From assembly GCA_031385045.1 (NCBI GenBank), contig JANNBC010000024.1, positions 64,001 through 128,000 of the forward strand: a stretch of 64,000 nt of DNA, read 5' to 3'. This document shows positions 42,798 to 52,156 of this stretch, one piece after another; position 1 is the stretch's first letter, and each line of letters starts with the position of its first letter. Under the pieces are notes generated by a model. The model was not told where the DNA came from, did no database searches, and saw only the letters and a list, made by a program, of their open reading frames with translations. The position numbers were made by a program, and so were the translations under genes. Origin of the DNA: a bacterium. Lineage in GTDB: Bacteria; Bdellovibrionota_C; UBA2361; CALJRW01.

Positions 42798-42883
42798 TAA
42801 GACCTTATTTCCGTCTTTTCCAAATCTACGGTGGATAAAAATTGTGAAAATTATGGAATGAGATTGATTAGATTTTGGAGAGT

Positions 42884-42957
42884 CCGTCGTCGCCCTTTGG
42901 GCTATGACGCGACATTTTCTTAGTGTTTTTTCGCTGCGCGAAATCTATTGAAGAAAA
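42884..42957. repeat. REP-like palindromic elements immediately 3' of tRNA-Ile
   Basis: gtcgtcgccctttgggctatgac; cattttctt..tttcgc-tgc-gcgaaa..aagaaaatg. Confidence 0.55.
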
Positions 42958-43034
<77 letters not shown>

Positions 43035-43109
43035 AAAATAAAGTTATTAAGTTTAGTTATAAAATAATACTTATAACTAGTTCAAAATCACTTTGATTTC
43101 AGAGGTCGT

Positions 43110-43138
43110 AAGATAGTAATTTAGTTAATTAATGTCAA
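43110..43138 (-). promoter_or_regulatory. Sigma-70-type promoter for tRNA-Ile
   Basis: TTGACA-N17-TATCTT on the minus strand. Confidence 0.65.
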
Positions 43139-43160
43139 GTTTCACTGCCACTTCGATAAA

Positions 43161-45842
43161 TTAATTTACTATTATGTTGGCAAGCTTGACTGTCCCATCT
43201 TTAGGATTTTTAACTAAGATAAAGCGGTCTGCTAGGCTTACTGGGTGCAGGCTATCTTTTAGATTTTCCACAATCATTTGCTTTAGAAGCTCGTCATCAA
43301 TCTTTACATCAACCTCAATATTAGCTCTTTTTTTACCATTAACCTGAATCACAATATTAATTTTCTCTTGTTGCAGTAGTTGAGGATCAAAGCTTGGCCA
43401 TTTTGCTGTAACAATTGAATCTTTATTCCCTAGTAAGCACCATAGCTCTTCTGCTAAATGAGGAGCGTAAGGGGACAGTAAGATGGCAAATTCACCGGCA
43501 GATTTCTTAGAGAATTTTAAATTTGAAGTATTATTAAGAAATTCCATCATACTAGAAACTGGAGTATTAAATCTTAAATTTTCTAAATCAAGTGTAATTT
43601 TTTGAATTAAACCAGCTATTGATTTTTTAACTTGTAAATCTTCTTCTGCAGGTGGCACAAATTCTCCACGATTTGCTATGAAACTATAGGCCTTTTTTAA
43701 GAAGCGATTTACACCTGTAATTGCTTGTGAGTCCCAGGACTTTTGAGCTTCAAGGGGAGCCATAAACATTAAGAAGGTTCTTAGTGTATCTGCTCCGTAC
43801 TCATTAATAATCTCATCGGGAGTAACAACATTCCTTAAGGATTTAGACATTTTTGCCGTGATCCTTTCTACTTTTTCACCAGTAGAGATTTGAATAAATT
43901 CCCCAGAATCCGTTGTCTTTACTTCGTCAATTGCCACTAGAGCACCGCGCGAGTCCTTATAAGCAAAACTAGTTAGCATCCCTTGATTAAATAATCTTTG
44001 AAATGGTTCATTTGTTGTTACAAATCCTAAGTCAAAGAGAATTTTATGCCAGAAGCGGGCATACAGTAGGTGTAATACAGCATGTTCTGCACCTCCCACA
44101 TACAAGTCGACATTCATCCAGCTTTGCTCAAGATCTTTAGCCCAAGGTAAAGAACTATTTTTTGGATCGATAAAACGGAGGTAATACCAACAGGAGCCAG
44201 CCCACTGCGGCATAGTATTTGTTTCGCGACGGCCTTTCATGCCCGTCTTGGGACATATGACTTCTAGCCAATTTTCCGCTTTTGACAGAGGAGATTCTCC
44301 ATCAGCAGATGGTTTATAATCAGCAACTTCGGGAAGAACTAATGGTAGCTCCTGATCGCTTAAACCAGTAATAGTTCCATTCTCCCAGTGGATTATTGGA
44401 ATCGGCTCTCCCCAGTATCTTTGCCGTGAGAAAAGCCAATCACGTAATCGATAGTTAACAACTTGTCTTCCTTTTTGCTGAGTTTCTAACCATGTACAAA
44501 TCGTAGCTTTGGCGATTTCATTGGATTTATTACTTAATTCAAGTTCTTCAAATATTGGATCCTTGATTGCAATCATTTGACCTGGCTCAGTCCAGCAAAG
44601 ATTTTTAGCTAGGACCTGCTGTGCTTGTTCAGAATTTGCTGGGATAATTACAGGAATAATTTCCACAGCAAATTTTTTAGCAAATTCAAAATCGCGCTCA
44701 TCATGTGCTGGAACTCCCATCACCGCTCCAGTGCCATAATTCATTAAAACATAATCACCGATATAAAGTGGCACGGCTTGCTGATTAATTGGATTGATTA
44801 AGTGTGTCCCAGTGAAAACACCTGTTTTTTCACGATTTTCAATAGTTCTTGCTAGATCACTTAATTTACTTGCTTGCTGGCAGTATTCATTGACTGCCAA
44901 GGATTGCTCTTTAGTAGTTAATTCTGAAACAAGTGGATGTTCTGGAGAGATTACAAAAAATGTAACTCCAAAAAGTGTATCTGGTCTTGTCGTAAAAGCA
45001 GTTAGAATTAAATCTTGATCTTTAACTTGAAAATCAATCTCCGCACCATAGCGACGGCCAATCCAATTTCTTTGCTGATCTTTAATACTTTCTGGCCAAT
45101 TGATTTCTACTAAATCATTAATTAATCTTTCCGAGTATTTTGTAATTCTTAGTAGCCATTGACGCATTGGTTTTCGAATCACATCAAAACTACCTACTTC
45201 AGATTTACCATCAATTACTTCTTCATTAGAGAGGACCGTTCCAAGATCTGGACACCAATTAACCATGGCATAATCCATGTATGCTAATCTTTTACTATCA
45301 AGATATTTGGCAATTGCTAATTCTCCTGCTTGCGAAATATCAGCTGGAATTGGTAATTCAGAGATAGGCCTAGCTTTTTGAATTTCTTCATCAAACCAAG
45401 AATTATATATTTTTAGGAAAATCCATTGAGTCCATTGATAATATTCTGGATCGCAGGTGGCAATTTCTCTTTCCCAATCATATGAGAAGCCTAATCTTTT
45501 TAGCTGTTTTTTAAAAACTTCACAGTTTTGTTTAGTAAATTCTGCGGGATGATTTCCTGTTCGGATGGCATGTTGCTCGGCTGGTAAGCCAAAGGCATCA
45601 AAGCCCATTGGATGAAGTACGCTAAAGCCTTGTAAGCGCTTAAAGCGGGAATAGATATCTGTTCCAGTGTATCCTAATGGGTGTCCCATATGTAAACCAC
45701 TACCACTTGGATAAGGGAACATATCGAGCACGTAGGCTTTATTTTTACCAGCATTTTCCACTGGTACTTTGTATGGTTGAGATTCTTCCCAGCGGGACTG
45801 CCATTTTTCTTCTATTTCTTGGAAATTATATTCTTTTTGCAT
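43161..45842 (-). CDS. leuS: Leucine--tRNA ligase
   Basis: MFPYPSG, HMGH, TTRPDT editing domain, KMSKS. Confidence 0.97.
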   Translation of the reverse strand: MQKEYNFQEIEEKWQSRWEESQPYKVPVENAGKNKAYVLDMFPYPSGSGLHMGHPLGYTGTDIYSRFKRLQGFSVLHPMGFDAFGLPAEQHAIRTGNHPAEFTKQNCEVFKKQLKRLGFSYDWEREIATCDPEYYQWTQWIFLKIYNSWFDEEIQKARPISELPIPADISQAGELAIAKYLDSKRLAYMDYAMVNWCPDLGTVLSNEEVIDGKSEVGSFDVIRKPMRQWLLRITKYSERLINDLVEINWPESIKDQQRNWIGRRYGAEIDFQVKDQDLILTAFTTRPDTLFGVTFFVISPEHPLVSELTTKEQSLAVNEYCQQASKLSDLARTIENREKTGVFTGTHLINPINQQAVPLYIGDYVLMNYGTGAVMGVPAHDERDFEFAKKFAVEIIPVIIPANSEQAQQVLAKNLCWTEPGQMIAIKDPIFEELELSNKSNEIAKATICTWLETQQKGRQVVNYRLRDWLFSRQRYWGEPIPIIHWENGTITGLSDQELPLVLPEVADYKPSADGESPLSKAENWLEVICPKTGMKGRRETNTMPQWAGSCWYYLRFIDPKNSSLPWAKDLEQSWMNVDLYVGGAEHAVLHLLYARFWHKILFDLGFVTTNEPFQRLFNQGMLTSFAYKDSRGALVAIDEVKTTDSGEFIQISTGEKVERITAKMSKSLRNVVTPDEIINEYGADTLRTFLMFMAPLEAQKSWDSQAITGVNRFLKKAYSFIANRGEFVPPAEEDLQVKKSIAGLIQKITLDLENLRFNTPVSSMMEFLNNTSNLKFSKKSAGEFAILLSPYAPHLAEELWCLLGNKDSIVTAKWPSFDPQLLQQEKINIVIQVNGKKRANIEVDVKIDDELLKQMIVENLKDSLHPVSLADRFILVKNPKDGTVKLANIIVN

Positions 45843-45994
45843 GATTAATCTGTATTTTTGATGATCTTCGAATGTCTAGTAATAGCAAAAATTTAATTAC
45901 TTTGCATCACTTGATAAAAGCTGAGAATTAAGTTAAAAATGCGTGGCTGAAATTAGGAACTTCTAAAGGAGGGATGAATTTTCTGCGAAATATT

Positions 45995-46029
45995 GGGGCA
46001 ATAGTTCAGCGGTTAGAACGCTCGCCTGT
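45995..46029 (+). pseudogene. tRNA-Asp 5' half (35 nt), ending inside the anticodon
   Basis: Identical to 46120-46154, then diverges into a hairpin. Confidence 0.9.
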
Positions 46030-46119
46030 TTGAGTAAGGCCTTACTAAAGTAAGTCTTACTCGGGAAAGTCGAGCATTTTGGCAAATGAATTACAACTTC
46101 ATAAAATATACTTAAACTT

Positions 46120-46195
46120 GGGGCAATAGTTCAGCGGTTAGAACGCTCGCCTGTCACGCGAGAGGTCGCGGGTTCGAATCCCGTTTGCCCCGCCA
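46120..46195 (+). tRNA. tRNA-Asp(GTC), CCA encoded
   Basis: GGGGCAATAGTTCAGCGGTTAGAACGCTCGCCT-GTC-ACGCGAGAGGTCGCGGGTTCGAATCCCGTTTGCCCCGCCA. Confidence 0.96.
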
Positions 46196-46219
46196 ATTTA
46201 TTTGGCATAATGCTAGGTA

Positions 46220-46333
46220 GGGATTCGAACCCTGCCCCAGTCTATCAGCCGAAGCTTTAGCGAAGGTGGATAGGGAAGAAACTGCGAATCCTAAATTTGC
46301 GAAGCAAATTTAACTCGTTTGCCCCGCCAATTT
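46220..46333. repeat. tRNA-Asp-derived repeat: inverted T-arm copy, REP-like hairpins and a direct copy of the 3' end
   Basis: gggattcgaaccc (46220-46232); cgaatcc-[taaatttgcgaagcaaattta]-act-cgtttgccccgccaattt (46285-46333). Confidence 0.85.
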
Positions 46334-46449
46334 TGTAATAGGGTAGGTCAGAAGCTGACATTATCAAACAAATTTGGCAGATAGATTTAGGTAAATTTTC
46401 GTTTTTCTATATCTCTTGATATAGTATATAAAAAATTGTCGAACTTATT

Positions 46450-46481
46450 TTCTCAAATAATTTATTGAAATTATTTGAGAA
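46450..46481. repeat. Perfect 14-bp inverted repeat upstream of tRNA-Ala
   Basis: ttctcaaataattt-attg-aaattatttgagaa. Confidence 0.85.
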
Positions 46482-46496
46482 GAGAAGTGGACTTGT

Positions 46497-46569
46497 GGGC
46501 CCATAGCTCAGCTGGGAGAGCGCCTGCCTTGCACGCAGGAGGTCATCAGTTCGATCCTGATTGGGTCCA
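46497..46569 (+). tRNA. tRNA-Ala(TGC), CCA not encoded
   Basis: GGGCCCATAGCTCAG...CCT-TGC-ACG...GTTCGATCC..TGGGTCCA; G3:U70 identity pair. Confidence 0.95.
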
Positions 46570-46626
46570 CTCTCTTTTTTTCTTTGCTAAATCCTTTTCT
46601 GAACTTTTCCCCACAGTTATAGCTAT

Positions 46627-47994
46627 TTGAACTCTTTAGTTTATTTCCCGCAGTTATTAAATCAGTGTGAGCGATTAATAAGTAATCCTAATGTTACATT
46701 TTTAGCTAGTGCTTTAGGTGCTACTTCTAAATTACATCTTGTTGGTGGTGCTATTAGAAATCTCGCTTTAGATCTTCCCACACGAGACTTAGATTTTGCA
46801 ACAATCCTTACGCCTCAAGAAGTTTTTAAAGCATGTCAGAAAGCTAAGATTTCTGTTTATTCTACTGGCTTAGCGCATGGCACAGTGACTGCTAATATTG
46901 GCGGAGAAAACTATGAAATCACAACATTCCGTCAGCCTGGTAATCGCGAATCGGAAATTTTTTCAAAAGAAATTGCGATTGACTTAGCAGGGCGTGATTT
47001 TACTTTAAACGCCGTAGCTTACGATCTTGCTAATAAGCAAATCATTGATCCTTTTGAAGGATTAAAAGATTTAGCTAATAAGATGCTTAAAGCAGTGACA
47101 GATCCTAAGATTCGTTTTGCTGAAGATCCACTGCGTGTTCTGCGAATGATTCGAATTGCTGCGGAAGTGGAAGTAGATATTGATCCGGAAACTTTTAATG
47201 TTGCCAAAAATTACTTATTAGAGCTGCGCAGAGTTAGCCCGGAGCGGATTCGTGTTGAGTTAGAGAAAATCTTGCTAACAAACCGCACCAGAATTGCTTT
47301 TAACCAGATGTTAGAGTTAGGAGTTCTGGCTGAGATTCTTCCTGAAATGTTACCTGCTGTTGGTTTTGAGCAGAATGATTTTCATCATGAAGATGTTTAT
47401 AATCATCTGCTAAGTGTTGTTGAACAGTCAGCACCTGAATTAAAAGTTCGCTTGGCTGCTTTATTCCATGACTTTGGTAAGCCTCATACACTTACGATTG
47501 GCGAAGACGGTAGGAGACATTTTTTTAATCATGAAAAAATTAGTACAGAGCTTTGTATCAAGATCATGGAGCGACTAAGATTTTCCAAGAATATGGTTAG
47601 ATCTGTCAGTCGAATTGTAGCTTTTCATATGAGACCTTTAAGCTGTGGGGCTGCTGGTGCTCGGCGCTTAATCCGAGATCTAGAAGATGATTTTGAAGAT
47701 TGGTTTAAACATAAGCAAGCAGATTATTCTGCTAAATTTGATATTGAAGAGTTTCAAGATGGGCAAAAGAAATTTCTAGAAATAATTGAGGTTGAAAAAC
47801 AACGACAAGCTTCCCCAGTCTATGGTAATCTGGCAATCAATGGAGATGATCTAATTAGCCTCGGAGTTTTACCTGGTAAAGAAATTGGTCGCATCCTTTC
47901 GATTATAAAAGAGGAGTTAATGGATAATCCTGATTTGAATCAAAGAGATATTTTATTAAATAAAGCTAAAGAGCTGATTTCCAGTAATCAATGA
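46627..47994 (+). CDS. cca: Class II tRNA nucleotidyltransferase (CCA/CC-adding) with HD domain
   Basis: VGGAIR, DLD, RDFTLNA, EDPLRVLR, HDFGK. Confidence 0.88.
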   Translation: MNSLVYFPQLLNQCERLISNPNVTFLASALGATSKLHLVGGAIRNLALDLPTRDLDFATILTPQEVFKACQKAKISVYSTGLAHGTVTANIGGENYEITTFRQPGNRESEIFSKEIAIDLAGRDFTLNAVAYDLANKQIIDPFEGLKDLANKMLKAVTDPKIRFAEDPLRVLRMIRIAAEVEVDIDPETFNVAKNYLLELRRVSPERIRVELEKILLTNRTRIAFNQMLELGVLAEILPEMLPAVGFEQNDFHHEDVYNHLLSVVEQSAPELKVRLAALFHDFGKPHTLTIGEDGRRHFFNHEKISTELCIKIMERLRFSKNMVRSVSRIVAFHMRPLSCGAAGARRLIRDLEDDFEDWFKHKQADYSAKFDIEEFQDGQKKFLEIIEVEKQRQASPVYGNLAINGDDLISLGVLPGKEIGRILSIIKEELMDNPDLNQRDILLNKAKELISSNQ

Positions 47995-48398
47995 AACAGA
48001 CTATTTATTGCCTTCTCTTATCCTGCGTTATTTTAGCCTTATATCCTTTCCATGCTGATTTAATTTGGGTGCCAGCTAGAAATTTTGAAACTAGTTTTCA
48101 GGAACTAGCTAATAAAAAGCTAGCCCCCAAGTTTAGACTTCAATTTGATTTAGGTGATTTTGCCGTAAATGATATTGACTCTGCTAAAATTAATAACCCC
48201 TTAAGGATTTTAGAATTACTTCGAGAATCAGGGGTATTTCAGAGAAAGTCGTCTGTTAAAAATCCCTACTTTAAGGTGAAACTAGCACTTAATCAGCAAG
48301 ATTTTACTTCGGAGCTAACTTACAATCAGTTTCAAGCTAATATGCCCGCTCAATTGGCTGTAAATTTATTAGTTACTCAGGGTCTCTTGATTCCTTAG
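47991..48398 (+). CDS. Hypothetical exported protein
   Basis: Signal-peptide-like start; ATGA overlap with cca. Confidence 0.6.
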   Translation: MKQTIYCLLLSCVILALYPFHADLIWVPARNFETSFQELANKKLAPKFRLQFDLGDFAVNDIDSAKINNPLRILELLRESGVFQRKSSVKNPYFKVKLALNQQDFTSELTYNQFQANMPAQLAVNLLVTQGLLIP

Positions 48399-48467
48399 AC
48401 TGGCTAACTTATTAAAAAGTTATCTCCTCATTGTGAGGAAGGCATTTGCCAGCTAGTCTAATCCATT

Positions 48468-49097
48468 ATGAATACAAAAATTAATCTACTCTTATTATTA
48501 GTTTTATTAGTGATTGCACCTTTTACTTCTATTAATGCAGAAGAGACGGAACAGCCAAACCCTGAGGGAGAAAAGCCAGCCTTTGCAACTTTCGCAGGAG
48601 GTTGCTTTTGGTGTTTGCAGTCTACATTTAATGTGACTCCAGGAGTTATTCAAACGGTAGTTGGATATTCTGGTGGTGATGAAAAAAATCCTACATATAA
48701 GCAAGTTTCATATGGTCAAACAGCACACCGCGAAAGTATCCAAGTAAAATATTTTCCTAGTAAAGTAAGTTATCACCAGTTACTACACAACTTTTTTTTA
48801 GAGCATGATCCTTATGACGGAGGCGGTCAATTTTGTGATCGTGGAGATCATTACCGTCCGGCTGCTTTTTATCATAATCCAGAACAGCAAAAAGAAATTA
48901 TGGAATATATCGCTAAGTTAGAAAATAGTGACAAAGTTAAAACTCAAGTTCTAGCATACAAAAGTTTTTATCCAGCAGAAGAATATCATCAGGATTTTTA
49001 TAAGAAAAACCCGGAACATTATTCTAGATATCGTGAGGGTTGTGGACGCGATCAAAGACTACAAGAGATTTGGAAGGACAAAGCAAAGTCACACTAA
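48468..49097 (+). CDS. msrA: Peptide-methionine (S)-S-oxide reductase, exported
   Basis: GGCFWC, GYSGG, AEEYHQ. Confidence 0.94.
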   Translation: MNTKINLLLLLVLLVIAPFTSINAEETEQPNPEGEKPAFATFAGGCFWCLQSTFNVTPGVIQTVVGYSGGDEKNPTYKQVSYGQTAHRESIQVKYFPSKVSYHQLLHNFFLEHDPYDGGGQFCDRGDHYRPAAFYHNPEQQKEIMEYIAKLENSDKVKTQVLAYKSFYPAEEYHQDFYKKNPEHYSRYREGCGRDQRLQEIWKDKAKSH

Positions 49098-49131
49098 GAT
49101 TTTCCTAAATTAGCTAAGAATCTTTTACATG

Positions 49132-50139
49132 TTAAATCTTTTTAATTTTTTCGATTATTCTTAATTGCTCAATAATTTCTGCCGGTTTGATATAACTGTC
49201 GGCTTCTCCTTTAATCGCTAAAGCTAAATTATTAAAAAGTTCCATCCAGTTTCCAGTTTCAGATGTGACTTGGCTAACTGACTCAAAACCATTTAATTTG
49301 CTTCTTATTACTCCCCGAAACTCTTCTGACTCTTTTCCGAACTGAGGGTTTTTTGGCCAGATTCCTAATTTTAACTGGTCCTCCTGAGGATCAATTCCAT
49401 ATTTAATGAATGATCCATTTGTACCTTGTATTTTGTAACGCGGTCCTAGTTCTTTGGCCATTAGACTAGATTTTAAAGTAACTTTTAAATTGGAATAATC
49501 TAATTGCAAGTTAAAAGCATCATCTATGATGGAGTTTGCTCGCTCAGTAAAGACATTTCCACTATAATTTAACGGAATACCAAATAGGCAAATTACTTGA
49601 TCAATTAAGTGTGCACCTAAGTCATAGAGTATCCCACTTCCAGGGCTGGCTTCTTCTTTCCACTGCTTGGGATTTAGAGCTGGTTTAAAACGTTCGTAAC
49701 TCGCTTCAAAGGAAAGTATCTCACCTAAGATTTTTGATTGTAGAATTTTACAAATTGTTAGAAAGTCACTATCGAAGCGGCGATTTTGAAAAGTATAAAG
49801 TATTTTTCCATTGGCCTTAGAAAGTGCAAGTAGCTCTTCGGCCTCAGTCACTGTCGTGGTCATTGGTTTTTCAATCAGTACATGCTTCCTGGACAGCAAG
49901 GCTTTCTTAGCATACTGATAGTGTGTTGCATTTGGTGAGCAGATAGAGATTAGATCAATTCTTGGATCGTTTAATAAATTATCGATACTCTCAAGCTTAG
50001 CAACATTTGGAAAAAGCTCATTGGATATTTCTTGACTGGTGATAATTGCCTTTAAATTAAAAGCATTGTGCACCATAAAAAAGGGAGCTTGTAGGTAGCG
50101 GCCAGAAAGTCCAAAGCCTACTAGGCCAACATTAATCAT
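49132..50139 (-). CDS. Gfo/Idh/MocA oxidoreductase (YdgJ/IolW-like)
   Basis: GFGLSG, EKP, QNRRFDSDF, DLGAHLID. Confidence 0.92.
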   Translation of the reverse strand: MINVGLVGFGLSGRYLQAPFFMVHNAFNLKAIITSQEISNELFPNVAKLESIDNLLNDPRIDLISICSPNATHYQYAKKALLSRKHVLIEKPMTTTVTEAEELLALSKANGKILYTFQNRRFDSDFLTICKILQSKILGEILSFEASYERFKPALNPKQWKEEASPGSGILYDLGAHLIDQVICLFGIPLNYSGNVFTERANSIIDDAFNLQLDYSNLKVTLKSSLMAKELGPRYKIQGTNGSFIKYGIDPQEDQLKLGIWPKNPQFGKESEEFRGVIRSKLNGFESVSQVTSETGNWMELFNNLALAIKGEADSYIKPAEIIEQLRIIEKIKKI

Positions 50140-51025
50140 TTTTTAAAGCTGCAATTCTCTCAGCTAAAGCTGGATGTGTTGAAAAGAAACTAATAAATTT
50201 ACTTTTATTGGAATTATCTGAGATTTGTAGGCTTGCGATTGCTTCAGTTCTTTTATCTGGAATAATCTGTCCTTTAATTTTTTGTAGTGCTTCAAGAGCC
50301 GCAATCATTTTATCTTTACCGACAAGGTGGCCGCTTCCACTATCCGCTCGAAATTCCCGTTTTCGTGAAAACCAAGCGACAACAGTTGATCCCAAAATTC
50401 CAAATAAAATTTGAAGTACAATGACACTGATAAAATGCACAATTCCTTTTAAGTCATCTTTAACAGCTTGGGATACGCCGTAGGCAATAATTCTGGAAAG
50501 AAACATAACAAAAGCGTTAATCACACCTTGAATCAGAGTCATTGTCACCATGTCACCATTTTTGATGTGCGAGATTTCATGAGCCATAACACCTTCAATT
50601 TCATTTTTACTCATGAAGCTTAGTAGGCCAGTTGAGACAGCAACTAATGATTTTGATTTAGATGGCCCAGTGGCAAAGGCATTAACATCGGCACTAGGGA
50701 AAATACCCACTTCGGGCATCGCAGGTAATTTTGCTTGACGGGCAATGTTGTGAATCATATCAACTAACCATTGATACTCTTGGGCATTTCGAGGATCCAA
50801 GACTTGAACCCCCATCATTTTTTTTGCCATCCAACGACTTAATGCCAAGGAGATAAAAGATCCCACCATACCCCAGACTAAGCAAAGAATAATTAGGGAG
50901 CGATAATCAATTCCTTTCGCTGTTAAGTATCCTGAAACACCAAATAGGTTCATTACAATTGTTACAACTGTAAGAACTAGAATGTTAGTTAAAATAAAAA
51001 GACCAATTCTTTTAAACATTTTCAA
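50132..51025 (-). CDS. htpX: Zinc metalloprotease HtpX
   Basis: NAFATG, HEISH, GDMVTMTL, SRKREFRAD, STHP. Confidence 0.95.
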   Translation of the reverse strand: MKMFKRIGLFILTNILVLTVVTIVMNLFGVSGYLTAKGIDYRSLIILCLVWGMVGSFISLALSRWMAKKMMGVQVLDPRNAQEYQWLVDMIHNIARQAKLPAMPEVGIFPSADVNAFATGPSKSKSLVAVSTGLLSFMSKNEIEGVMAHEISHIKNGDMVTMTLIQGVINAFVMFLSRIIAYGVSQAVKDDLKGIVHFISVIVLQILFGILGSTVVAWFSRKREFRADSGSGHLVGKDKMIAALEALQKIKGQIIPDKRTEAIASLQISDNSNKSKFISFFSTHPALAERIAALKND

Positions 51026-51143
51026 TTATCTTAGGTAAAATTTATCTTTAATAGGGAGCCTCTCAGCTGTGGTTCTGAATAACATTATATTAATTACTCA
51101 TATTAAGAGTTTCAAGGGGAAAGGACAATGTTACTCTCTAGCA

Positions 51144-52136
51144 TTAAGATTTTTTAGTTTTTTTCACTTTATTTTCTAGAGCCTGAGCAATTTCTAGTTC
51201 GGATCGCTCTGTGTATCTCATCGTTATTTTAACATCTCCATGGCCTAGTGCTTGAGAAACAAGACGAATATCTTTGGAGCTATCTAGTAATTCCATCGCA
51301 AAAGTATGTCGAAGTAGGTGTGGGTGCAGAGAGATTTCTGAACTAAATTCATTAATTGCTCGCCAGAGAGTTTTTGATCCCATTAAAAAACTTTGCGGAT
51401 CAAGTAAATCTACTTTGTATGTACTAATGAATAGCGGGAGTTTTTGATCGATTTGATTAGGGAGTTTTTTGAAGTATTTTCCTAATTCTTGATGACGACG
51501 ATTTAAATAGGGAATTAGGATTTCTTGGATCTTAGAGTTTAAATAAACATTCCGATAACGCTTCCCTTTAGTCCGAACATTTTTAATCCAAGAAACATCG
51601 TCATCAATTTGAGACATTCGAAGCAGTCGAACCTCATCAGCCCTTAGACCAGTTTCAAGTAAAAAGCATAAGATTATTTGATTCCGATAGCGAATGAAGG
51701 AGTTCTTATGATTGATTCGACTGAGTGCCTTTTCAAAAATATTTCCAAGCTCCTCTGTTGAAAGTGACTTGGGTGTAGGAGTTTGAACTTTTGGAGTTTT
51801 TAGTTCTTTAGTGGGATTTTTAAAGTTGGGTAGTTGATCCGCTAGGGTTCTCCCACAGTGTTTTAGGGTTGCCAAGCGACGAGAGACGGTTGCTGGACTT
51901 TCCACTAACAAACATTCTTCGGCAAATTGTAGGCTGCTTGAGTGATCCCAGTCAGCCAGCTTTAATTTATCAGACTTGGAGTAACCTTTAATATTTGTTA
52001 GAAATGCGATAAACTTTTTTAAATCTAAGCGTTTAGCTTTAGCAGTGTGGGAAGAGCCTGAGGCATAGTAATTTAGATAATAATCAATTACGTTTTTTAG
52101 GGAATTCTGATTTATTTCTGTTAAGTTAAGCGACAT
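51144..52136 (-). CDS. Tyrosine recombinase (XerC/D-like)
   Basis: TGLRADE, TKG, HPHLLRH, LGH, Y catalytic residues; SPATVSRRLA. Confidence 0.9.
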   Translation of the reverse strand: MSLNLTEINQNSLKNVIDYYLNYYASGSSHTAKAKRLDLKKFIAFLTNIKGYSKSDKLKLADWDHSSSLQFAEECLLVESPATVSRRLATLKHCGRTLADQLPNFKNPTKELKTPKVQTPTPKSLSTEELGNIFEKALSRINHKNSFIRYRNQIILCFLLETGLRADEVRLLRMSQIDDDVSWIKNVRTKGKRYRNVYLNSKIQEILIPYLNRRHQELGKYFKKLPNQIDQKLPLFISTYKVDLLDPQSFLMGSKTLWRAINEFSSEISLHPHLLRHTFAMELLDSSKDIRLVSQALGHGDVKITMRYTERSELEIAQALENKVKKTKKS

Positions 52137-52156
52137 ACATTATAATTATAAGTCCG

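Noticed and set aside
45995..46119. Intron-containing tRNA-Asp
   Set aside because: No matching 3' half starting at the anticodon follows the insert, and no group I core motifs were seen
51070..51100. dif site beside the tyrosine recombinase
   Set aside because: No TTATGTTAAAT-like XerD arm at the required spacing
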